The position numbers and the translations under genes are program-made. The notes below the pieces were generated by a model. That model did no database searches. It was given only the letters and a program-made list of their open reading frames with translations, and was not told the origin of the DNA. Below are positions 14,693 to 25,749 of a stretch of DNA of 64,000 nt, piece by piece. Origin of the DNA: Sphagnum compactum (taxonomy: Eukaryota); contig OZ234493.1 in assembly GCA_965153455.1 (NCBI GenBank), positions 5,146,001-5,210,000 on the forward strand, given 5' to 3'. Numbering within the stretch: position 1 is the stretch's first letter; every line of letters begins with the position of its first letter.

Positions 14693-17227
14693 ATGGGAAG
14701 GGTTCCATAGTCCCATTCCATTCATGTCCAAAACCCCACCAAATCCCCTTTCTCAAACAAAGATTTGGTGTCAACATCTGGGATATGCCATGGAGGGCAA
14801 AATAAAGTGACCATTCAATTTGCTTATGTTCCATATGCTCACATCTCGGAATTCTTGGAAGGTGAACAAGGGGATATGAGCACCTCTGTGGAATGGAATG
14901 TTTACAAAAACTTTCCAAGCCAAACGGATGTCAAGCAACCAACTATCAAAAACCACCTTGGGCATACATGGTAAACATTTATGGCATTAACCTTTTTAAT
15001 TTCTTTAATTCATATACCAAAGATGTAATCATTTACATTTTGAAAGTTTTTTGTTTTAGGTATCAATGCGGATATGGACCAGAGGACTATCGAGAAAATT
15101 CAACCCACACTCGATCTATTAAACGAGGATGCCTAACATCATTTTCAATCAAACGTTTATACACATGACCTGATGTGGCTAAGATCACAATTTATCATAA
15201 GGCCCACACACGAATTGATGATGGGTCATTCGCACATGGTGAACATGACCCGGAGTCCATTTCTCGTATGTCTCGTTATGCTCCACGCATGGCACAAGCA
15301 TTGAAGGACCACATATGGGCCCAACTAAGCTTAGGTTACATGACCAAATAAATATATGACAAGCATAAAGCAATTTGGTGGGAACGTGTGAATGGGGGTC
15401 AAAACATGACACGAGATGATTTCATTTGGCTTCAAGACATTGCATATTTGGATCGAAAACATAAGAAAGGGATTTGGCGTTTACACACCAACCTTGTAAT
15501 TTCAATTCGGTCTTGGGCTCTCAACATCCGGAAGATGTGTTCTTTTTCCAAGATGTTGATGAAATCAACGGGACTCAAGTCCCATTCACCATAGGTATTC
15601 AAACACCAACTCAATGTGAGTCCATGCTATCATATGGTCACAATGGTGCCATTTTTATGGATGCCACATTTGGCACAAATGATACGAAATTCCATCTATT
15701 CACCTTGATGGGGTTTGATGATCATCACACGAGTGTCCCTTAGCCTGGATCATTACAAGTAGGCAAACAGTTCAAGATTTGATCAAATGGTTGAAACCAT
15801 TAAAAGAAAAGATGTTATCACACATGCCACATTGGAAACCATCATGTTTTCTCGTTGATGATGCACTTCAAGAATTGAAGGCATTACGGTTAGTTCTATA
15901 CCTAGTATCGACTTTGTGTTTATTTCCTTAAATGTTTTTTAATATCTTTCATAAAGTTCTTGATTACTTCAAATGCATTTTATGTTGTACTAACCCCATC
16001 CACTCATGGAGATTTTATTGCATATGTGTCCTTATTAGGGTCGTATGGGGTATGGACAAGGTTCCCATTTACCTTTGTTGTCGGCATGTTCTCAAAGCAT
16101 GGCGCTTACGTGGTACTGAAAAAATCAAAGATGTGGAAGTGTGGGGTGGAATCCTCCAAGACCTTCATGATGTGATGTACATGTCCATCAATCATGGAGA
16201 AACAATTGATGACTTCAAAGAGCGTGGGAGGGTTGCTGTGAGAAAAAGCCTTCATAAACATAGGCCTGGTGATGTGTGGACAAATTATTTATGGACTTAT
16301 TACCATCAGTTTGGTAAGTGATAATATTTATCATGGTTTAACATTCAAAATTATTTTGTATAATGTTATTCATCCTTATGTATTGTGTTTATGTTTGCAA
16401 AATTATGGATGGTGGGTGTTCGAAGGGTGCCCCATTCCAACCAAGACACCCAAGCGAGCATTGAATCATATCATGGTGCGTTGAAACGTTGGCTTGCTCT
16501 GGACACAAAAGGCCTTAGAGGGTGTACGATTGACAACAACCATTGCACGCCACTACATGCACACATTGGAAATGAAAAAAAAGGGTTTCATAAAAAACAA
16601 GGTTATGGAGGCCATTATTACACGAAGTGTGGAAAAGGCACCCCTTATTCCATTCACCCATGTGTACCAACCAACCCTTGAAAGTGATGGAGCTTGGGCC
16701 GTATGGAACCAACGCCTTCCCAATGTTATTTACATGGTGAAATTCCCATTCACCGAAATGTTTTGTTGCACATGCAAATGGGCATTGCGAGGGAACATGT
16801 GTAAACACCAAAATTGCGGTCATTCTCACATGCATAGACATTTCTCAAGAAGATATCATTCATTACTGTGGAACATCGTGGAGGGTTGGGTCACATGTTT
16901 GCAGACCTGCGACATATTCCAGATGATATGGAGTCCAATGATGATGACGAAGATGATCATCTTGAAGGTGATGATGGGATCATGGAATTTGATGGGCTCA
17001 TGGACATGGAGCAAAATGATCTCCCTATGGGTGCCACTTCACACATGAGAGTATTGGCATGTAATATTCGTAACATACACCTCATAAAGGCAAATGCAAT
17101 TTCACACCCAGGATTGGTGTTACGCCATGTAGAAGATGGATTGGGAAATAGTGTCAAACGGCACAAAGATTGGCATGAAACAATGCTCAATCACACAAAT
17201 GTACGTACTAAACGATGTCACAAATAA
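14693..17227 (+). pseudogene. MULE transposase with SWIM zinc finger (spliced, disrupted)
   Basis: Motifs across frames: YQCGYGPEDYR; GAIFMDATFGTNDTKFHLFTLMGFD (first D); KPSCFLVDDA (second D); VPIYLCCRHVLKAW (CxxH); QASIESYHGALKRW (E); CCTCKWALRGNMCKHQ (SWIM); acidic tail. Introns ~14971-15059, ~15889-16038, ~16314-16400. Multiple stops and frameshifts. Confidence 0.9.
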
Positions 17228-17449
17228 ATGTCTCAATTACTAATCAAGATTGTTGCCATTAGCACTAAGAATTTTGTTTTTAGAATCAATTTTGTATGGA
17301 GGAAACCATATCCCAAATTCTTTGAACATCATGTATTCAACACGCACATGAAGTCTAATATGGCACAAAGGTTATTATTGTTTCCAAGTAATAAGCACAA
17401 AAAATGTGAAATGCAAAAAGACAAGGATAATGATAATATTAGTGTTAAA

Positions 17450-17955
17450 TGCAGGTATTGTAACTAGGCCCCAAAATCCTAGTTGGTAAAAGTAAGTACA
17501 AGTGCAAGTATTACAATTATGCCCCAAAATTCTAGTTGGTAAAGGTAAGTACGGATGTAGGTATTGCAATGAAACCCCAAAATTCCAGTTGGAAGAGGTA
17601 AGTATAAGTCCGAATATTGCAAGTTTAAATGAAAAAACAAGCCTAACTACAATACCCACGTTTCAAAAAAACCCATCTAAATGGGCTAGAGTGGATACCT
17701 TTAAGTGAAGACCTAGCCCTAAACACAATATGCACATGCAAAGTCACTTTGAAATAACCTTACCTTAAATGCAATACCTGCATTTTGGGCCATTTCGAAA
17801 GTACGCATGTGGGGTTTAAGCCTCTTTATACAAAGATCCTACCCTAAATGTAATACCTTCATTTTGGGTCATTCCGAAAGTACGCATGTGGGGTATAAGC
17901 CTCTTTAAATGAAGATCCTAACCTAAATGCAATACCTACATTTTGGGTCACTCCA
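17450..17955. repeat. Motif arrays downstream of the transposase (~53-bp units on +, then 79-bp units with the motif inverted)
   Basis: AGGTATTGTA / AAGTATTACA / AGGTATTGCA at ~17453, 17506, 17559; then ACC.TAAATGYAATACCT...GAAAGTACGCATGTGGGG units at ~17762, 17841, 17920. Confidence 0.85.
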
Positions 17956-20099
17956 AAATAATTAGTTAATTTCAAAATAATATGCTAACAAAGGTGTGTA
18001 TAAAGGTTGGGGTTGTTGATTAGGAGTTCCATGATTCTTACTTTGTTTCATGAATTTGAAAAGAGATTGTATTGTTTGTGGAACAAATAGTACAATGACA
18101 ATTGTGATCAAGTTTATCTTGGTGTAGGAATTTTTCATGAAAAAGCTGAACTTGCAATCTATAATGTGGAATAATTATCTTAAATAGTGATTTCAATAAC
18201 TTATTAAAACAAAAATATACTTGAGTTAATTAACCAAATATCAAATTAATCAATCTGATTTTTAGATCTAACTTTTTATTATCCAAGTAAATAAAGTTAC
18301 GCCAAATGATTAGTTAATTATTTTAAATAAATAAATGATTATCTAATTCTTGATAATTAATCATTTTAATTATCTGAAATAATGGTCTATTAATTATTTA
18401 ATTATATGACAAAATTTGTTGATAATTCATTAATTATCAGAAATATTTTATATTAAATTCGGGGGAAACTTTTAGGGTTTAGACATATGTGAAACAATAA
18501 AATTTCATTTTATATCTTCTTCAAAGAGATTGGGAAAATTAGGTTGGAGTTATCACACAAAGGTAAGAAGCAAACCCTATGTGAAAACCCAACCTTGAAT
18601 GCAATACAAAGTTTGTCGAGATCAAAAAATATAAAGTTCAAGCTTAAAATTTCTTCAAAGATGTTCATTTTTTTTTCCCCTTTTGTATACTCATTTAAGA
18701 AAACATAAATATAAAGTCTCTATTTAATAAGATTTTAAATTATGTTTAAAAAAAATTCAAAGCACATAATTTTCTACTGTTTTTTTTTGTGTTTCACATA
18801 ATAAAAAATGATTTCTCCCACATATTAATCCTATGTTTGATTAAAATTTTATTTTATTCTTTTCTGATATATAGTAAATAAGTTCATGGTTAAAATAATC
18901 ATATAGTGGGTCAAAAATATTTTATATTTTATACATATATAACACAAGTCCTTATGTAAACTTTATTTTTTATGATGTATAATATTAGTTTAAATATTGG
19001 TCCAAATATATGTTATTTATAACACATAATATATAAATAATGATATTATGGAATTATATTGTTGATCCATTTCAATACATATAATATTTTCATATTTATT
19101 TATAACATACATATATATATATATATAAACCTATGGTTATGTATATTGCAATTATTTTTAATGAACTTTGTTTTTAATGCGAATTTAAAAATTCCAAAAG
19201 ATTAATAGCTAAGTATGAAAATGTTCTTAAACGTCATGCCAGATTGTGTGGATTTTAAAAGCTTTGTGAGGGCCAAGTTGTTATGTAATGTTTTCGACAC
19301 CTTCAGAAGTTGAAAGATGACTTGACTATCCAAAAAACATAATAATATTCATAAAACAACAACCAAGAATCTATAGCCTTGACAACTTACTAGCTTCAAC
19401 AAAAGTTCAAACCTAAGGTTGTCAGATTGACTAAAGTGTCGACATTGACCAAATTAAACAACCTAACCTAAACATGAGTAATATGTTAGTAAGCTATTTG
19501 TTAAGTAACCTAATTAACTACCTAATAGGCTACCTACGTAATATAGGCCTATTATGTAATTTATTCATTAGTGTAGCCTTCTAGGTTAATATCTTAGATG
19601 GTCTATGTAGGTATTGAAGGTGGTTGAATTTATTAAGTAAACATACTAGTTATATAGGTAATATACTAGCCTAGGCCACGTAAGCCTAATAAGCATTTAT
19701 GACAATTTAATGTCTAATCCTTATTGTATTATAACATTTAAATTTGAACTAAAAAAATTTATTAAAAAGAAAGCACATTTTTCCATGTTATTATTCTAAG
19801 TATATATTAATTGAATATGATTCAAATTCAGAGTTTGGGAAACCCTAAATTAATTAACATTTTTTTTACAAGTTCATAGTAAATAAAATAAATCTACGGT
19901 GCATTATAGGGGGAATTTTATATGCAAAATAATGCAATACATATTTTTAAAGAAATTGAAAGAGATCAGCTTGGAGATTAACAAATGGGAAAAAATACCT
20001 TCTTTTGTGTTTTGTTACAAATTTTATTTAATTATTAAATAAATTAAAGCTAAATTTGTAAATGGTGAAAGTAAGTATGTGTGTGGATATTGCAAAATT

Positions 20100-20400
20100 A
20101 TATGAAACCTTAACCCTAAATGCAATAGCCATATTCAAGTTCATTTCAAAATAACCCATAGGTGAATAAGGTAAAACCTACAATGAAAGGACAACCTTAA
20201 ATGTAATACCCACATGTAAGGTCGTTTTGAAATACCCAATATGTAATTTGGGTGTGCCTTTGAATGAAGACCAAGGCCTATATGCACTACCTACATGTAG
20301 GTTCTACTGAAATAATCCATAGGTGATTGAGGCAAACCTTATGTGAAGACCCTAAACCCTAAATGCAATACCCGCATGTAATGTCATTTCAAAATAACTA
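20100..20400. repeat. ~81-bp tandem repeat (4 copies) related to the 79-bp unit
   Basis: CCTAAATGCAATAGCC / CCTTAAATGTAATACCC / CCTATATGCACTACCT / CCTAAATGCAATACCC at ~81-bp spacing. Confidence 0.75.
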
Positions 20401-20489
20401 ATAAGTGGTCTGGGTACCCAAAATATGTCTGTTTATACACCTAAATTAATTATTATTCTGAATTAATTTTATGACAAAATGTAAGTTTT

Positions 20490-21000
20490 GGAATGAATGT
20501 AAAAAACCAACAATTATTATGGGACCTATATGCAAGTATTATAAGAGATGTAAAAAACCAGCGGTTATTATGGGACCTATAGGTGGGTATTGCAAGGAAT
20601 GTAAAAAACCAGCGACTATTATGGGACCCATATGCGGGTATTGCAACGAATGTAAAATGACAGGGTCTACTATGGGGCCCATATGCGGGGGTTGCCACGA
20701 ATGTAAAATGCCGGCGACTATTATGGGACCCATATGTGGGTATTGCAACGAATGTAAAATGCCAGCGACTATTTGTGGCCCATATGCGGGTATTGCAATG
20801 AATGCAAAATGCCATCAGTTATTATAGGACTTATATGCGGGTATTGCAATGAATGCAAAATGCCATCAATTATTATAGGACTTATATGCGGGTATTGCAA
20901 TGAATGCAAAATGCCATCAGTTATTATAGGACTTATATGCGGGTATTGCAATGAATGCAAAATGCTAGCGGCTATTTTAGGACTTATATGCGGGTATTAC
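20490..21000. repeat. 51-bp minisatellite (~10 copies)
   Basis: Unit GGGTATTGCAATGAATGCAAAATGCCATCAGTTATTATAGGACTTATATGC; gives 17-aa periodic pseudo-ORFs (CGYCNECKMP...) on both strands. Confidence 0.93.
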
Positions 21001-21442
21001 ATATTTGAAAATGGCCTTATGGAATTTATAATAAAAAATGATGTAGGTATTATATGTTTTAAATGTGTGTATTGTTTTAAAAGTTTTCAGGTGATGTGAG
21101 TCCTATTACATTAGATATAAGTATTTGCAGACCCTAGACAAATTAATGTTACCTATTCATATGGGCCTATTTTAGGTTTGATTCTTACATTTCAAGTACT
21201 AAAAAAATTATGACAAAAAAGACATATATCATTAACCATATACCCATCAAACAAATGTGAGTAAAAGATACTATTATATTGATAAAAGATGTACAAAAAT
21301 GGGTGCATGAAAAATTACTAAAAAACCCAATGAAAAAAAAACATTGGTTCTCTGTAACATATCAAAGGATTGAAGTTCAAAAATTGGGTAGTCCAAAAAA
21401 TAAAAGGGCTAAAAAACCTAACTAATTATATAAAGTGGAACC

Positions 21443-22963
21443 CTAAACCATATCAGTATCAACAATCCTGTGTTTAGCTCGGTATGCAGCTGCTGCATTT
21501 GTAGCCTTTGCTGCATGACGAACAGTGTAAAAATGGTGACGTTACATCTCAATCTGAATTGCATTTGCAACAAACTCTTCCTTGTTTTGTCCTGAACCTT
21601 ATAAACACCCAAAAACCACCAAATTAAACGCTAACACACCTTGGATGGAATACAATAAAAAAATAATAAACATTGATTATTATTGTTTCTTACCTTCCAT
21701 GAATCATTCTAGTTTCATGAAAATCCAAGACATTTGCTAACTGTTTTGTTCGACTTGTTTTACTGGACTTTTGATCCCAATTTTTGACATCCCATGCCAT
21801 CTTTAGTTGTCGTGCACACACACAATGGGTGGATCGAATCATCCCTTGTAAATCTTCATCCTTCTCCATCCGTGATGTTGCATTTTGATGCACACTGTGC
21901 ACGCCCTAGGCATTGAAGCCCAACACCTTCAACAATTGCTTTGAAGCTAATTTGACCAAAGCTGGTTTTGGGATTGACACTGTTTTGCAACAACTACCAA
22001 GTTATTCCACTCGCGCTGTGCTTTGGCACGAGCGCGACTAGCAACCTTTTGATCATTTCACCTTTGTATGGCCATGGCATTTCCCAAGATGCGAGCATTC
22101 ATTTTGGCATGGTCTTGATGTCGAGGACTTCTTGCAGAAGTTAAAGGCCTCCTAGGTTTGGCCTTTTCTGTCACTAACCCATGCACCTCTTTCAAATGCT
22201 TGGTCAACAACCATTTGGCACAATATGCGACAATGCAAGTGCTAACTTTGCATTTCCATTTCGACCCAACCTTCGTCCATTCTTTGTCCTTCCGAGCCAA
22301 ATTAGGTGGACAAGCAGGTGCTAGTGGCTGAGAAGCCTGGTTAGTTTCAAGTTCCGGACCTAAACCAAAAAATGAGAGTTAAAAAAACAGAATGCAGGTA
22401 TTACAAAACATAAAATCACACAGTCACATACTATTCCTATAAACATTAACTGTTTTCAAGTATTACAATAGAGAAATTTTGACAAAAAAATCCCGCACCT
22501 TCCAACAAATGATGGAAGGTGCGGATATAATTAAACTTCAAAAAACTTGTACAATTTCTCTAATCTGTATTTAATCTAATGTCCATAAATTCTAGAACAA
22601 TCTATATTACAAACTGTCATCCTTGTGTTTCAATTATGATAGAGCACCATTTTGCTCACCAATTGATTGATATGATGCAACAACATTTTGGTCACCAATT
22701 GCCTCATATGATGCAGCAACATTTTGTTGAACAATTGCTTCATCCGATGCAGCAACATTTTGCTTAACAATTGTCGCATCTGATGCAGCAACATTTTGCT
22801 CAACAATTGCCGCATCTAATGCAACAACATTTGGCTCAGCAATTGCCTCATCTACTGCAGCAACATTTGGCCCAACAATTGCCTCTTCTGACGCAACAAC
22901 ATTTTGCTTATGAACTTCCAATTCACCACCACCACTTTTCTTTAATCTCTTTCCCCTAGCCAT
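21443..22963 (-). pseudogene. MULE accessory gene: acidic 12-aa repeats + C2H2 zinc finger + unknown domain (spliced, disrupted)
   Basis: ATG at 22963: MARGKRLKKSGGGELEVHKQNVVASEEAIV... with ~8 repeats of (E/Q)QNVAASD(E/A)AIV. Acceptor near 22360, then PELETNQASQP...WKCKVSTCIVAYCAKWLLTKHLKEVH (C-x4-C-x12-H-x4-H). GTAAG donor near 21693. Last exon ...GSGQNKEEFVANAIQIEM.RHHFYTVRHAAKATNAAAAYRAKHRIVDTDMV* ends at 21443. Several internal stops. Confidence 0.7.
22640..22915 (-). repeat. 36-bp coding tandem repeat (~8 copies)
   Basis: Unit ~TGATGCAGCAACATTTTGCTCAACAATTGCCGCATC; 12-aa periodicity in both strand translations. Confidence 0.9.
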
Positions 22964-23064
22964 TACAACCTTCGACCCTAAACAAAAAACCACCATTTCT
23001 TTATTAATTGTTAATCTTAATGAACTAAACCATAAGCACCAACAAAGAAAATAAAATAAAATCG

Positions 23065-23945
23065 CCACCATAGAAGAAGGCGACGACATTGCTGCCGTCA
23101 TCTTCTTCGCAACAAACCACCAAAAAAAGGCAAAGGTTGCCATTTCCTTGCAGCAAAGCCATCGAAGCAGGTGACGGAAGTTGTCATCTTCTTCTTCTTC
23201 AATACAATGAAACCACAAAAGAGTAGGTTGAAGGTGCGCAGAAAGTGTTGCACAGTGCACTAAAAAAAAAGAAAAAAGGCGACAAAGCTGCCGTCGCCTT
23301 CTGGGCTGTAAAGCTGCCGTCACCTTTTGGGCTGCATAGCTATCCTCGCCTTCTTCGCTGCATTGCGACAAAAAAAGAAGAAGAAGGCGACAACAACAAC
23401 ACTACCATCGCCTTCTTCGTTGCACAACAAGAAAAGAAAAAGAAGAAGGTGACGGCGTTGCTGCCGTCGCCTTTTTCGCTGCGCTGGAACAAAAAGAAGA
23501 AGAAGAAGGCATGGCAGCATTGCTGCCGTCGCCTTCTTCACTGCGCTACAACAAAAAAAAAAAGCGACTGTTGTCGCCTTTTTTGCTATGCTGCAAGAAA
23601 AAAAAAGAGGCAATGGCAGCTTTGCTACTGTTGCCTTCTTTAATGAGTTGCACCAAAACAAAAACAAGAAGGGGCCTTGTGACGACTGCAACAAAAAAGA
23701 AGAAGAAGGTGATGACAGTTGTTGCCGTCTCCTTCTTCACTACACTGCAACAAAAAAAGAAGAAGGCGACGACGTTGCTACCGTCGCCTGCTGTGTTGCA
23801 ACAAAACGAAAAAAGAAGGCGACGGCAGCGTTGCTGCCGTCGCCTTCTACGCTGCAACAATAAAAAAGAAGGTGCTTTCTTCACTACGCCTTCTTCATTG
23901 CACTGCAACAACAACAACCAAAAAAAAAGGCGACAGCAGCAAAGT
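23065..23945. repeat. Array of ~13 GC-rich hairpin (palindromic) units separated by A-tracts
   Basis: Consensus GAAGAAGGCGACGGCAGC-N-GCTGCCGTCGCCTTCTTC (best copy ~23813-23848), ~55-60-bp period, in the right subterminal region of the MULE. Confidence 0.88.
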
Positions 23946-24332
23946 AGGAGGGGAAAATTTTGGGGCAGAGAAGAGGTGGAAAAAAACAATACCTGCGGGC
24001 AGGGAGGATGGGTTTTTGGTTCATCCCCAAAACAGCTTCAACGGGCTCATCCTCAACTGGTTCATTGGTAGCTGCTGGTTCACTCCAGCCCGTTTAAAAG
24101 AGGGATGGATAGATTCAGGTTCCACTGCTGCAGCATTGAGAGCGAGAATCAGCGCCATGACTGGAATGGGCAAAAAGTGCCGATTCTGCATGTATATTGT
24201 AGTTTCATGGCAGTGAAGCAACTCTTCATTGCCAATTCTGGGGCAAGGGTTACATGGCAGAATCATTTGCAGAAGGTCAATTCTTTTGTACCTAATGGGT
24301 TTTGATGTCTCATTCAAGTACTAGGTTTTGTT

Positions 24333-24678
24333 TAGTGTTGTGTAGTTATTTGATTTCTTACATAACCAGCTGTTTCAGTTCTTTAAAATTTTCAGAATCA
24401 AAGAACAGCCCATTCCAGTTTTTAGGAAAAACAGTCAGAATCAGATAACTGCCAGTTCTGGTTATTTCAGAAATATCAAAGAACTGACAGATTTCATGAA
24501 AGAGACGATAAAGAATTGGTGGTTAGAAATGTGGGGCCTTGAGAAATTCGGAAAATTTGAGAAGCAAGTTTCTATATCAAAAGCAGTCTTTTAATTTTTC
24601 ACCCCCAGGTAAGTTGGTAAATAACCAGGTTGTAATTGATGGGTATCTTTAGCAGATCCTAATAACCTCACAACACTG
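24333..24678. mobile_element. Putative hAT-type MITE (~346 bp)
   Basis: Ends TAGTGTTG...CAACACTG; 8-bp flanks GTTTTGTT/GTTTTTTC (6/8); internal similarity and equal length to the copy at 45972-46318. Confidence 0.6.
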
Positions 24679-25749
24679 GTTTTTTCCTAGGTGGGACAAT
24701 GGTTCCACATCTGGTGCTGCCAGTTTCACTTGCAATGTCAGTCAACAGAAGGAATAATCAGGTACAAATTGGAATGGTCCTGGTAGAACACATTATCTCA
24801 CTTGGAGGAACAGCCTGTCACCCTACCAGACTCAACTGATTCCTAGGTGGAATTCTTGACTTGGATAGCTTCCCAAAATTTATGGCATGCCTGAGTGCAT
24901 CTCCATAATGCGGAAAAGTACTATGCAGAGTTGTCACAATGTAACATTAGGAGGCCGGATTCTGCAAGACCAAACTTAAATTATTGTAACTAAATGATAA
25001 AAGATCCAATAAAAACTGATGGCCAGAACCATCACACAGAAGACAAAAGGGAAGGCTGAAAAAATGCCAAAAGATGCGCAGCCCACAGAACCCAAGAAAG
25101 GTTCGAGCTAGACCCTCTCATGGTAAAAAGCTATTTCACACACACAACCCCTCTAATGTCACTTGCATGCAAATTGTGGATCTAATAACAATAAGAGGTC
25201 TTAAACAAGCATCTCCTGCCAAAGCAATCTTTCTCTCTATAACAGAGGCTAAAGCACTTTGAAAAGTAATATTACATGCTATGTGAAAAACTAAATGCAA
25301 AAAGACAAAGATAAAATAGATTATTGCAAATAGGTATCTTTGCAACATTCGTAACCTGGAATGATGGAACCTTGCCCATTCCGCAGGGCTCATCCACTCC
25401 ATTAATCAGATTTTTCGAGAGGCTGAATCTACCCATGAAATCATCCGAATTCCACTGACACGTAATCCTACATAACCAATTATAAAATGTAATTCTCCAA
25501 ATAAGGTGATTACCAAAATAAGTTCCGCCATATACTTGAATTGTAAAGAAATGGCAGAATCGGCCTCCAGCGCAGTCTTAAGTTCGTAGGAGTGCGCATT
25601 TCTCACGAAACACGAAACCCTAATGAGGGTTCGTGTGGAAGAAAGGAAGGGATTTCATGACAACCGCGTCTTCACTAAATTTCTGTTGCTGCTGAAGGAG
25701 GAGGAGGAGCGAGTTGAGCACCCGCAGATCGAACACGAGCGACGTCAAA

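Larger units (their letters stand above)
11469..24090 (+). mobile_element. Complete Mutator-like element (MULE), 12.6 kb, two convergent genes
   Basis: 37-bp TIRs (11469-11505 GGCCAGAGTGAACCAGCAGCCACCAATGCACCAGTTG vs revcomp of 24054-24090 GGCTGGAGTGAACCAGCAGCTACCAATGAACCAGTTG, 33/37 identical). Perfect 9-bp TSD CGTTTAAAA at 11460-11468 and 24091-24099. Internal MULE DDE+SWIM transposase remnant. Confidence 0.93.

Noticed and set aside
20453-21099. Cys-rich 'metallothionein/ferredoxin-like' ORFs (CGYCNEC repeats)
   Set aside because: By-product of a 51-bp minisatellite; open on both strands and broken by a frameshift mid-array
23065-23945. CRISPR-like repeat-spacer array
   Set aside because: Eukaryotic context, degenerate units, low-complexity A-tract spacers rather than unique spacers, and no cas genes
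23245-24216. Lys/Arg-rich ORFs of 90-186 aa
   Set aside because: Translations of the hairpin/A-tract array, open in several frames on both strands
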